In this document: positions 1 through 12,714 of the stretch, in pieces
Numbering within the stretch: the stretch's first letter is position 1
Layout: every line of letters begins with the position of its first letter
Assembly: GCA_964016885.1 (NCBI GenBank)
Contig: OZ024748.1
Location: 26,908,001-26,972,000 of the forward strand
Length of the DNA: 64,000 nt
From: Eledone cirrhosa
Lineage: Eukaryota
Direction: 5' to 3'
The notes under the pieces: generated by a model
What the model was told of the DNA's origin: nothing
What the model saw: the letters and a program-made list of their open reading frames with translations, nothing else
Databases searched by the model: none
Translations under genes and position numbers: made by a program

Positions 1-98
1 ACATATATATATATACATATATATACATACATATATATACATATATATACATATATATACATATATATATATACATATATATATATACATATATATAC

Positions 99-131
<33 letters not shown>

Positions 132-293
132 CATATACATATACATATATATATACATATATATATATACATATATATATACATAAATATATATATATAC
201 ATATATATATATATACATAAATATATATATATACATATATATATATATACATATACATATATATATACATATATATATATATACATATACATA

Positions 294-325
<32 letters not shown>

Positions 326-494
326 CATATATATATACATATATATATACATATATATATACATATATATATACATATATATACATATATATATATATAC
401 ATATATATACATATATATATATATATACATATATATACATATATATATATATATATACATATATATATACATATATATATACATATATATATAT

Positions 495-525
<31 letters not shown>

Positions 526-872
526 TACATACATATATATATACGTATATATATATATACATATATATACATATATATATATACATATATATATACATAT
601 ATATATATACATATATATATACATATATATATATACATATATATATACACATATATATATATACATATATATATATACATATATATATACACATATATAC
701 ATATATACATATATACATATATATATACATATATATATATATACATATATATATATACATACATATATATATATACATACATATATATATATATACAAAT
801 ATATATATATACATATATATATATACATATATATATATACATATATATATATACATATATATATATACATAC

Positions 873-903
<31 letters not shown>

Positions 904-960
904 CATATATATATACATATATATATATACGTACATATATATATATATACATATATATAC

Positions 961-991
<31 letters not shown>

Positions 992-996
992 CGTAC

Positions 997-1078
<82 letters not shown>

Positions 1079-1148
1079 GTATATATATATGTATATATAT
1101 ATATACATATATATGTATATATATATATATGTACGTATATATATATAT
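1..1148. repeat. Compound (TA)n/(TACA)n microsatellite
   Basis: Continuous TA runs punctuated by C from the window start to the LINE junction. Confidence 0.97.
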
Positions 1149-4100
1149 GTACGAGTTGGTACCATCAATGTAGGCTCAATGAAAGGAAGAGCAGGAGAAA
1201 TCGTAGAAATGCTAGAGCGAAAGGAAGTTGATGTATGCTGTGTGCAAGAGACTAGATGGAGAGGAGGGTCTGCTAGAGTCCTTGTAGGAAAAAGCCAGTG
1301 CTACAAATTTTTCTGGGTGGGAAATGACGATGGGATGGGTGGTGTAGGTATACTATTAGCTGACAAGTGGGTAGATAAAGTAATCTCAGTGTACAGGGTA
1401 AATGCAAGAATCATTAAACTCAGACTAGTCCTGAATAAGACAATTACCACAATAATATCAGCTTACGCACCCCAATCGGGGCTGCCAGACGAACTTAAGG
1501 ATAGGTTTTACGAGTCCCTAATACACACTACTGCTCTAACAGACGACAAGGACTTCCTAATCATTGCAGGAGATTTTAACGGACACGTAGGTAAACACTG
1601 CGACGGCTTCAATAGAGTACATGGAGGCCATGGAGTTGGCACAAGGAATGAGGAAGGATTCAGACTTCTAGAATTCTGCGACGCCAATGACATGTCGATA
1701 TGTAACACAAACTTTAAAAAACCCGACAACCACCTGATCACCTATAGATCAGGGGAGCACTCTAGTCAGTTAGATTTTATCCTCATCAGAGGACGTGACA
1801 GATGGACGGTCGTAAACACAAAAGCCTTCCCTAGTGAGGAATGTACATCCCAACATAGCTTAGTTGTCAGCGACCTCACGGTCAGAACTAGACGAGCCCT
1901 GAAACAGAGGCCAACCTGGAGAAGAAAGATCTGGAAGCTGAAAGTCCCCTCAACCAGTAACAGATTTAAAGATATTTTACTCAACGCCTACGACAGTAAA
2001 GAAGAACAGATAGAGACATTTAACGTAGAAGAGAACTGGGAGTTCCTAAAAAATAACTTACTAGAGGCGACGGATGAGGTTTGTGGCTGGAGTAAGACCT
2101 CAAGCAGGAGGAGAGTGACTTGGTGGTGGAACAATAAGGTAGATGAAGCAGTCAAGGCCAAGAGACAGGCATGGAAAGAATGGAAGAACGGGGGGAGCAG
2201 GGTACATTACATAGAGACCAAGAGGGAAGCTAGGCGACAAGTATACTTAGCTAGGAGGGAAGCAGAGGATAGAAAATTCAAGCATGTTTTACAACGTGAG
2301 GACCAGAAACAGGAGGTATTCAAGATTGCGAGGCAGTGTGTCAGAGATAGTTGTGATGTCATTGGAGAGAAGTGTATCCGGAATGATAAAGGTGAGCTTG
2401 CCCTCACAAGTGCTGAGAAGAAAGATGCATGGAAGAGTCATTATGATAGATTACTAAATGAGGAGAATGCATGGGAAGAAGAGACCCTACCCCACGTAGA
2501 CCCTATAGAGGGACCAGCAGTACAAGTCAGCGGCAGCGTAGTAAGTAAGGCAATCAGAGATATGAAGATAGGGAAGGCAACCGGTCCATCGGGTATAGCT
2601 GCCGAGATGCTGAAGGCATCTGGGTCTGTAGGTCACACTATAACCACACGTATCGTTAACCAGGTAATACTAGAGGGGGCCATACCAAAAGATTGGTGCA
2701 GTAGCATCATTGTCAACTGCTACAAAGGTAAAGGCGATGCACTAGATAGAGGAAACTATAGAGGTATAAAGTTGATGGACCAGGTCATGAAAGTAACAGA
2801 AAGAGTTATAGCACAGCTGATTAGGGACCGGGTGAATATAGACGAGATGCAATTTGGGTTTGTTCCAGGGAAAGGCACCACTGATGCGCTCTTCCTTGTG
2901 AGGCAATTACAGGAAAAGTACCTAGCTAAAAGTAAGCCACTCTACTTGGCATTTGTCGACCTTGAGAAAGCCTTTGACAGAGTTCCACGTGCAGTAATCT
3001 GGTGGGCTCTTAGAAAACTAGGAGTAGATGAATGGCTTGTGAAAGCGGTACAAGCCATGTATAGGGGAGCAGTCAGCAAAGTTAGGATTGGCAATGAGTA
3101 TAGCGAGGAATTTAGCGTACAGGTTGGGGTCCACCAGGGCTCTGTTCTTAGCCCTCTCCTGTTCATCATAGTCCTGCAGGCAATAACGGAGGAGTTTAAG
3201 ACCGGATGCCCATGGGAACTCCTGTATGCTGATGACCTCGCACTCATAGCTGAATCTATGGTAGAACTAGAGAATAAATTCCAAACCTGGAAGCAGGGAC
3301 TAGAGAGAAAGGGCCTCAAAGTCAACATGACAAAGACTAAGGTCCTTATAAGTAGACGAGAAAACAGAACCCAGATCCCCTCAGGGAAATGGCCTTGCTC
3401 AGTATGTAGGAAAGGTGTAGGTAGGAACTCCATTCTTTGCCCCAAATGCAAACAATGGGTACACAAGAGATGTAGCGGGATCTCAGGAAGCTTAATTAAG
3501 AATGTAGGATTCACATGCAGCAGCTGTGCTGAAACAGCAAGCAAACAGCCACAGGAAACAAGTACCACCAATCTCTGGGAGGGCCCTGTAGAAACAGTAG
3601 ACAGCTTCTGCTACCTAGGTGACCGAATTAGCAACGGAGGTGGGTGCTCAGAAAGTACAATAACTAGGGTAAGAACGGGATGGAAGAAGTTTAGGGAACT
3701 ACTACCACTGCTAGCTGCAAAAGGCTTCTCCCTCAGAATGAAAGGCAGACTGTATGATGCGTGTATCCGAACAGCGATGTTGCATGGTAGTGAGACCTGG
3801 GCGCTGAAGGTGGAAGACTTACGTAGATTAGAGAGAAACGAAGCCTGCATGCTCCGATGGATGTGTAACAGTAATATACGTGAACGACAAAGCATAAATG
3901 AATTGAGAGAGAGACTGAGCATAAGAGGAATCAAATGCTGCGTGCAGGAGAGGCGGTTACGCTGGTATGGACATGTGATGCGTATGAAGGATGACAGCTG
4001 CATAAAAAGGTGCAGAGCACTAGAAGTTGATGGAAACCGCGGAGTGGGGAGACCCAAGATGACTTGGGATGAGGTGATAAAAGCCGACCTTACCCAACTA

Positions 4101-4187
4101 CACCTCTCAAAGTCAATGACACACGACCGTGACTTCTGGCGTCACGCAGTAATACAGGGTACCCGACCTCCCATGGGTACATGCTGA
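1059..4187 (+). CDS. RTE LINE endonuclease/reverse transcriptase polyprotein (first ~30 codons are microsatellite-derived)
   Basis: 1042-aa ORF with no stops or frameshifts. Authentic element sequence begins near 1149 ([11 protein letters not shown]). Confidence 0.85.
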
Positions 4188-4486
4188 AGCATATAAACAA
4201 TATGCCCCCCCCCCCCACCGCAAGGTGGTCGTGGAGGTGCCACGGCAAAAAAGCACCCAGCCCACACTGTAAAGTGGACGTGTAGGCGCCACGAAAAAGC
4301 ACCCAGCACTCACTGTAAATGAGGTTGGTGTTAGGAAGGGCATCCAGCTGTAGAAATCAAGCCAGATCAGTTCCTGTATGAGCAAGGCATGGTCAGCCGA
4401 CCAGACACTGCCCACAACAGGACAACCCGTCTAACCCATGCTAGCGTGGAAGAACGGACGTAAAACGGTGATGATGATGATGATGA
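1149..4486 (+). mobile_element. RTE-clade LINE, 5'-truncated at the start of the endonuclease, ORF intact, (GAT)n tail
   Basis: Single ORF with APE motifs ([34 protein letters not shown]), RT motifs ([26 protein letters not shown] at 3225-3236) and a Cys/His cluster (CSVC..CPKC..HKRC..CSSC). About 280-bp 3'UTR ending in (gat)n at 4470-4486. Confidence 0.95.
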
Positions 4487-4498
4487 TATATACATACA

Positions 4499-4530
<32 letters not shown>

Positions 4531-4563
4531 CATACATATATATATATACATACATATATATAT

Positions 4564-4626
<63 letters not shown>

Positions 4627-4631
4627 CATAC

Positions 4632-4666
<35 letters not shown>

Positions 4667-4715
4667 CATATATATACATATATATATATATACATATATA
4701 TATATACATATATAC

Positions 4716-4752
<37 letters not shown>

Positions 4753-4846
4753 CACACACATATATATATACACACACATATATATACACACACACATATA
4801 CATATATATACACACACACATATATATATACACACACATATATACG

Positions 4847-4885
<39 letters not shown>

Positions 4886-4947
4886 TCAATGCTTGGTGTA
4901 TTAGAGTATGGTTATAGTATAAAGAGTCAAGACGCCGACACTTTATA

Positions 4948-4995
<48 letters not shown>

Positions 4996-5036
4996 TTGTG
5001 TATATGTGTGCATATAAACACATACCTCACACACAC
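4487..5036. repeat. (TA)n/(TACA)n/(CA)n microsatellites
   Basis: Direct reading; this is the right flank of the LINE. Confidence 0.93.
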
Positions 5037-5142
5037 AATCACTAGTGTAGGTATACTTATATATATTGCAATGAAAGAGCTTTGCTTCTAGGTTAGAAAT
5101 CCGCTCTTTCATACATTACATTTGGGAAATTAGAAAAATATA

Positions 5143-5349
5143 TTAGCCCTTTAATGTTGAAACCAGCCAGAATTCTTTACTTTTTTCTGTTGACTGTAAC
5201 TGGTCACTCAAACTGATGTTGAGGTATTGTTCTCAAAATAAATACTTTCAAAATCTCAGATTCGATATGCGAGATAATTTTGCGAGGTAAAGCCTTTACT
5301 ATGAAAATATAATAGTATATATAGAGTAATGTGAATGCTAAAGGGTTAA
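5143..5349. mobile_element. piggyBac-like MITE (left end degenerate)
   Basis: Ends ttagcccttta...atgctaaagggTTAA. Internal sequence matches the copies at 23746, 35032, 42049 and 51041. Confidence 0.7.
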
Positions 5350-8300
5350 GGCCAACTTGGCAGCTGTCCAGTCCAGGGTAGAGAGACCAGAGAGGTACAT
5401 TAAGGCCAATAAGACAGCTGTCCAGTCCAGGGTAGAGACATCAGAGAGGTACATTAAGGCCAATAAGACAGCTGTCCAGTCCAGGGTAGAGACATCAGAG
5501 AGGTACATTAAGGCCAACAAGACAGCTGTCCAGTCCAGGGTAGAGACACCAGAGAGGTACATTAAGGCCAACAAGACAGCTGTCCAGTCCAGGGTAGAGA
5601 CATCAGAGAGGTACATTAAGGCCAACAAGACAGCTGTCCAGTCCAGGGTAGAGACATCAGAGAGGTACATTAAGGCCAACAAGACAGCTGTCCAGTCCAG
5701 GGTAGAGACATCAGAGAGGTACATTAAGGCCAACAAGACAGCTGTCCAGTCCAGGGTAGAAACATCAGAGAGGTACATTAAGGCCAATAAGACAGCTGTC
5801 CAGTCCAGGGTAGAGACATCAGAGAGGTACATTAAGGCCAATAAGACAGCTGTCCAGTCCAGGGTAGAGACATCAGAGAGGTACATTAAGGCCAACAAGA
5901 CAGCTGTCCAGTCCAGGGTAGAGACACCAGAGAGGTACATTAAGGCCAACAAGACAGCTGTCCAGTCCAGGGTAGAGACATCAGAGAGGTACATTAAGGC
6001 CAACAAGACAGCTGTCCAGTCCAGGGTAGAGACATCAGAGAGGTACATTAAGGCCAACAAGACAGCTGTCCAGTCCAGGGTAGAGACATCAGAGAGGTAC
6101 ATTAAGGCCAACAAGACAGCTGTCCAGTCCAGGGTAGAAACATCAGAGAGGTACATTAAGGCCAATAAGACAGCTGTCCAGTCCAGGGTAGAGACATCAG
6201 AGAGGTACATTAAGGCCAACAAGACAGCTGTCCAGTCCAGGGTAGAGACACCAGAGAGGTACATTAAGGCCAATAAGACAGCTGTCCAGTCCAGGGTAGA
6301 AACATCAGAGAGGTACATTAAGGCCAACAAGACAGCTGTCCAGTCCAGGGTAGAAACATCAGAGAGGTACATTAAGGCCAATAAGACAGCTGTCCAGTCC
6401 AGTGTAGAGACATCAGAGAGGTACATTAAGGCCAATAAGACAGCTGTCCAGTCCAGGGTAGAAACATCAGAGAGGTACATTAAGGCCAATAAGACAGCTG
6501 TCCAGTCCAGGGTAGAAACATCAGAGAGGTACATTAAGGCCAACAAGACAGCTGTCCAGTCCAGGGTAGAAACATCAGAGAGGTACATTAAGGCCAACAA
6601 GACAGCTGTCCAGTCCAGGGTAGAGACATCAGAGAGGTACATTAAGGCCAATAAGACAGCTGTCCAGTCCAGGGTAGAGACACCAGAGAGGTACATTAAG
6701 GCCAACAAGACAGCTGTCCAGTCCAGGGTAGAGACACCAGAGAGGTACATTAAGGCCAATAAGACAGCTGTCCAGTCCAGGGTAGAGACACCAGAGAGGT
6801 ACATTAAGGCCAATAAGATAGCTGTCCAGTCCAGGGTAGAAACATCAGAGAGGTACATTAAGGCCAATAAGACAGCTGTCCAGTCCAGGGTAGAAACATC
6901 AGAGAGGTACATTAAGGCCAACAAGACAGCTGTCCAGTCCAGGGTAGAGACATCAGAGAGGTACATTAAGGCCAATAAGACAGCTGTCCAGTCCAGGGTA
7001 GAAACATCAGAGAGGTACATTAAGGCCAACAAGACAGCTGTCCAGTCCAGGGTAGAGACATCAGAGAGGTACATTAAGGCCAATAAGACAGCTGTCCAGT
7101 CCAGGGTAGAAACATCAGAGAGGTACATTAAGGCCAACAAGACAGCTGTCCAGTCCAGGGTAGAGACATCAGAGAGGTACATTAAGGCCAATAAGACAGC
7201 TGTCCAGTCCAGGGTAGAAACATCAGAGAGGTACATTAAGGCCAACAAGACAGCTGTCCAGTCTAGGGTAGAGACATCAGAGAGGTACATTAAGGCCAAT
7301 AAGACAGCTGTCCAGTCCAGGTTAGAGACATCAGAGAGGTACATTAAGGCCAACAGACAGCTGTCCAGTCCAGGGTAGAGACATCAGAGAGGTACATTAA
7401 GGCCAACAAGACAGCTGTCCAGTCCAGGGTAGAGACATCAGAGAGGTACATTAAGGCCAACAAGACAGCTGTCCAGTCCAGGGTAGAGACACCAGAGAGG
7501 TACATTAAGGCCAACAAGACAGCTGTCCAGTCCAGGGTAGAAACATCAGAGAGGTACATTAAGGCCAACAAGATAGCTGTCCAGTCCAGAGTAGAGACAT
7601 CAGAGAGGTACATTAAGGCCAATAAGACAGCTGTCCAGTCCAGGGTAGAGACATCAGAGAGGTACATTGAGGCCAATAAGACAGCTGTCCAGTCCAGGGT
7701 AGAGACATCAGAGAGGTACATTAAGGCCAATAAGACAGCTGTCCAGTCCAGGGTAGAGACATCAGAGAGGTACATTAAGGCCAACAAGACAAGACAGCTG
7801 TCCAGTCCAGGGTAGAGACATCAGAGAGGTACATTAAGGCCAATAAGACAGCTCTCCAGTCCAGGGTAGAGACATCAGAGAGGTACATTAAGGCCAACAA
7901 GACAGCTGTCCAGTCCAGGGTAGAGACATCAGAGAGGTACATTAAGGCCAATAAGACAGCTGTCCAGTCCAGGGTAGAGACATCAGAGAGGTACATTAAG
8001 GCCAATAAGACAGCTGTCCAGTCCAGGGTAGAGACATCAGAGAGGTACATTAAGGCCAATAAGGCAGCTGTCCAGTCCAGGGTAGAGACATCAGAGAGGT
8101 ACATTAAGGCCAATAAGACAGCTGTCCAGTCCAGGGTAGAGACATCAGAGAGGTACATTAAGGCCAATAAGACAGCTGTCCAGTCCAGGGTAGAGACATC
8201 AGAGAGGTACATTAAGGCCAACAAGACAGCTGTCCAGTCCAGGGTAGAGACATCAGAGAGGTACATTAAGGCCAACAAGACAGCTGTCCAGTCCAGGGTA

Positions 8301-8863
8301 GAGACATCAGAGAGGTACATTAAGGCCAATAAGACAGCTGTCCAGTCCAGGGTAGAGACATCAGAGAGGTACATTAAGGCTAACAAGACAGCTGTCCAGT
8401 CCAGGGTAGAGACATCAGAGAGGTACATTAAGGCCAACAAGACAGCTGTCCAGTCCAGGGTAGAGACACCAGAGAGGTACATTAAGGCCAATAAGACAGC
8501 TGTCCAGTCCAGGGTAGAGACATCAGAGAGGTACATTAAGGCCAACAAGACAGCTGTCCAGTCCAGGGTACAGACATCAGAGAGGTACATTAAGGCCAAT
8601 AAGACAGCTGTCCAGTCCAGGGTAGAGACATTAGAGAGGTACATTAAGGCCAATAAGACAGCTGTCCAGTCCAGGGTAGAGACATCAGAGAGGTACATTA
8701 AGGCCAACAAGACAGCTATCCAGTCCAGGGTAGAGACATCAGAGAGGTACATTAAGGCCAACAAGACAGCCGTCCAGTCCAGGGTAGAGACATCAGAGAG
8801 GTACATTAAGGCCAACAACACAGCTGTCCAGTCCAGGGTAGAGACATCAGAGAGATGGTACAT
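5346..8863. repeat. 54-bp tandem satellite, about 65 copies
   Basis: Unit ttaaggccaaYaagacagctgtccagtccagggtagaRacaYcagagaggtaca. The 18-aa periodic ORFs on both strands follow from the unit length. 1-nt deletion near 7354 and 5-nt duplication near 7790. Confidence 0.97.
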
Positions 8864-9199
8864 TACTGAACCTATACTTAAATGTCTTAATTTCCTGTGA
8901 TTAATAAATGAATCACTAAACATCTTTGCCATGCGGCAGAACTGTGGAAATAGTCAAAGTGGTTGAGAAAGTCATATGGTGTTATGATCAAAGCAAGAAG
9001 TGTCAAAAACTAGGTTTGTCAGCTTAATGAACTGTTGTAAGTTGAAATTATTTTATTTGGAGAATGGGGCACATAACTAGGTGCATATGTCATTTGGGTT
9101 TTTTTGTTATTGTCAACCATTTGTTATTTGTCATTGATATATCATTATCACCATCACCATATGCTTGTGTAGTCTGTTCCATCTTATTCTTGATAATCA

Positions 9200-9410
9200 A
9201 CATCATCATCATCATCATGATCATCAGCATCTCCAGTTTACCTTCCACACTGCCACGGGTTGAAGGGGTTGTCACAGTCCAAGACAAGATAGATCAGAAA
9301 GACCAATCTTGCTCATACAGTTCATATTTAGTATGGTTTTATGGCTGGATGCCTTTCTTAATGGCCACCACCTTTCACAGTGTATTGCATGCATTGTTTC
9401 ATGGCACCTT
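9200..9410 (-). mobile_element. Decayed RTE 3'-end fragment
   Basis: (cat)n tail followed by ggctggatgcctttc..., the reverse complement of the gaagggcatccagcc motif in the RTE 3'UTR. Confidence 0.6.
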
Positions 9411-9543
9411 TGCTACTATCACCAACATATGTATAAAAGTTTTCTTATATAGCCTTAGCTGACAATAAAATAAAAGTAAACAACTACAACAAACCTAAAC
9501 CAGACACACCATATAAAATCAATTAGAACACTTTAGTTACCAT

Positions 9544-9873
9544 ATTTCTAATGAAAGACACTGCCTATGATTTTCTTCTTTCTTATGAAAGACACTGCCT
9601 ATGATTTTCTTATTTCTTATGAAAGACACTGCCTATGATTTTCTTATTTCTTATGAAAGACACTGCCTATGATTTTCTTATTTCTTATGAAAGACACTGC
9701 CTATGATTTTCTTATTTCTTATGAAAGACACTGCCTATGATTTTCTTATTTCTTATGAAAGACAATGCCTATGATTTTCATATTTCTAATGAAAGACACT
9801 GCCTATGATTTTCATATTTCTTATGAAACACTGCCTATGATTTTCATATTTCTTATGAAAGACACTGCCTATG
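9544..9873. repeat. 34-bp tandem repeat (~9.5 copies) inside a dispersed MITE-like repeat
   Basis: Unit tatgaaagacactgcctatgattttcttatttct. A single-unit relative is at 10097 and a two-unit relative near 39607. Confidence 0.9.
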
Positions 9874-10595
9874 CTTGTCAACAAATTTTTTAAATAATCA
9901 AGATTTTGGAGGCATTTAGTAATATAACCAACTTTTTCATTATTAAGCTGGAATATAAATTAACAAAGGTTCTTATATAAATTATGATGGAAGGTTTTTA
10001 GATAAATTTAAACACTTTAAAATAAACAACTTGGTATCATAGGACAAGGGGCAGTTTCAAACAGTTTGGTATAAAAAGGGTTTATCCATTCATTAATATA
10101 TTTCTAATGAAAGACACTGTCTATGATTTCGAAATCATTTTGAAAATAATCAAGAATTTTTGCAATTTAGTAACATAGATAGATTTCTTATTATTAATTT
10201 GGTGTTTGGAACATAACTTAATAAACATTCTTACATAAAATTATAGTGGAAGATAAATTTAAACACTTTAAAATAAACAGTTTTGTATCATAAGAAGCAG
10301 AAGTGACTTCAGGCAGTTTGGTATCAAAAGAGTTAAAACAATTTCTAAATCAACAAACGCTAATAAACAACAACAACAAATAAGAGAATATTTATAGAAA
10401 AAGAAATAAAAAGAAAGAATGAAGTAACCTAATTTAATAAAAACTTAATGTGAAATATTTCTGAGTTTCTTAAGTGAAATAAACTGTTGACACTCCCCCT
10501 CTCCCTCTCTAACTCTTCCTACTCCTGTGTTATGTGTTAATGTGCATGAGGGGTGAAGTTGGGGGAGGTGCAGGGATGCAACAAGACATCTTGAT

Positions 10596-10596
10596 A

Positions 10597-10685
<89 letters not shown>

Positions 10686-10786
10686 ATACACACATATCAA
10701 CTAAGTGTATTTGTGTGTATTTTGTTATCTTTATATATACATATGTATATGTGTTTGCGACTGCATGTTTACATGTATATTGTGTG

Positions 10787-10840
<54 letters not shown>

Positions 10841-11990
10841 CATGTGTGTATACACACATACACACACAGTGTGTATAAACAGGCATGTTTAAAATGTCAG
10901 CAGTGACTCTCTTCTCACTCACACACATGCATGTGTATACACGCACACGCACACGCACACACACACCTATATCCGCCATCTCCGTAACTGTTTTATCATT
11001 CCCCCCATAGCAAAAATTACTGAGAAACCATAGTTACTTAGTGCAGCCACTTGGGTGCAAAATCAAGGACACCTCATGCAATCACATGCACACACACACA
11101 TATATAATACATACATATACTTACATGCACTCATATTCACATCATATATATACTTATGCACACATATATATATATAATACATACATATACTTACATGCAC
11201 TCATATACACATACATATATATACTTATGCACACATATATATATATAATACATACATATACTTACATGCACTCATATTCACATCATATATATACTTATGC
11301 ACACATATATATAATAAATACATATACTTACATGCACTCATATACACATACATATATATACTTATGCACACACATATATATATAATACATACATATACTT
11401 ATATGCACTCATATACACATACATATATATACTTATGCACACATATATATATATAATACATACATATACTTACATGCACTCATATACACATATATATATA
11501 TACTTATGCACACACACATATATATAATAAATACATATACTTATATGCACTCATATACACATACATATATATACTTATGCACACATATATATATATATAA
11601 TACATACATATACTTACATGCACTCATATTCACATCATATATATACTTATGCACACACATATATATATAATAAATACATATACTTACATGCACTCATATA
11701 CACATACATATATATACTTATGCACACACATATATATATAATACATACATATACTTATATGCACTCATATACACATACATATATATACTTATGCACACAC
11801 ACACACATATATATATAATACATACATATACTTACATGCACTCATATTCACATACATATATATACTTATGCACATTCATATACATATATACCTATACTTA
11901 TGCAAATTCATGTACACATACATACACAAACATACTTTTGCACATTTGTATACATACATACACACACATGCATACTTACGCACATTCATG
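10596..11990. repeat. Microsatellites and a ~60-65-bp microsatellite-derived tandem array (about 11095-11880)
   Basis: Recurrent atacatacatatacttacatgcactcatatacacatacatatatatacttatgcacacat units. Confidence 0.85.
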
Positions 11991-12327
11991 CACACACATT
12001 TTTGCATGGGTGCAGATATGACTGTGGTTAACCCTCTTAATACCAACCCAGCCAAAACCAACTCTGGTTCTACGAAGCAAAGTTACCCCTTTTAAAGGGT
12101 TTCTTTTTAATACCAACCCAGCCAAATAAAATTACCCCTTTCAAAAAGTTCAACCCAGTCAAAACCAGCTTTGATTCTATGAAACAGAACCATCTATCTA
12201 TTGATATGGCTCCTATTTCAGTTATAATCTTCCAATCAATATTTATATATGAATCATATGTTAAGTTACTCTAATAATAATGAAATAATTCCTAATTTTA
12301 GTAAATCCCTCCAAATTCCTCATTAAT

Positions 12328-12714
12328 TACCATATTTCCTGGCGTCGAAGATGCTACATTTTTCCTAAAATAAGTCTAAAAAATCTACCATGCATCCTGG
12401 AGGCCGAAGGATGTTTATTATTTTTTATCAAATTTTTTATTAAATTTTTTATTAAATTTTATCAAAGGCGGTGAATTGGCAGTATCGGTAGAGGGTCGGA
12501 CGCCATGCTTTGACGCATAGAGTTACAGCCCTTGCCATTCTGAGTTCAAATCCCGCCGAGGTTAACTTTGCCTTTCATCCTTACGGGGTCGATAAAATAA
12601 AGTACCAGTAATACACTGGGTAATTGCTGGCCTTGTGCCAAAAAGTAGAAACAATTATTTTTTATCAAATTTTTGATTGTCAAAATTGGGTGCGTCTTCA
12701 GCGTAGGGAAGTAA
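12328..12714. mobile_element. Degenerate Tc1/pogo-type MITE with a nested SINE
   Basis: Imperfect inverted ends taccatatttcctggcgtcgaagatgc ... gcgtcttcagcgtagggaagta. Confidence 0.45.
12467..12660 (+). mobile_element. tRNA-derived SINE family 1 (~190 bp), representative copy
   Basis: A box TGGCAGTATCGGT, B box GAGTTCAAATCC, core gcctttcatccttacggggtcgataaaataaagtaccag, tail gaaacaattatt. More than 20 full or partial copies in the window, e.g. 16870-, 21957+, 27472-, 29728+, 33245+, 33805+, 35722-, 40013-, 52143+, 54010+, 54202+, 57865+, 63110-. Confidence 0.9.

Noticed and set aside
2942-4057. Long antisense ORFs over the RTE copies (also 25394-26161 and 53257-53811)
   Set aside because: Shadow frames of the LINE ORF.
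4367-5042. YI/CV/HT-rich ORFs here and at 10445-12095, 17295-19440, 30161-30428, 56663-57726 and 63328-63851
   Set aside because: Translation artefacts of micro- and minisatellites.
5346-8863. CRISPR-like array or a 670-aa repeat protein gene
   Set aside because: Units are head-to-tail with no unique spacers, the context is eukaryotic, the + ORF starts at TTG and frames shift twice. Kept only as a satellite with a low-interest coding hypothesis.
12467-12560. tRNA genes (A/B boxes)
   Set aside because: These are heads of multicopy SINEs with no proper cloverleaf.
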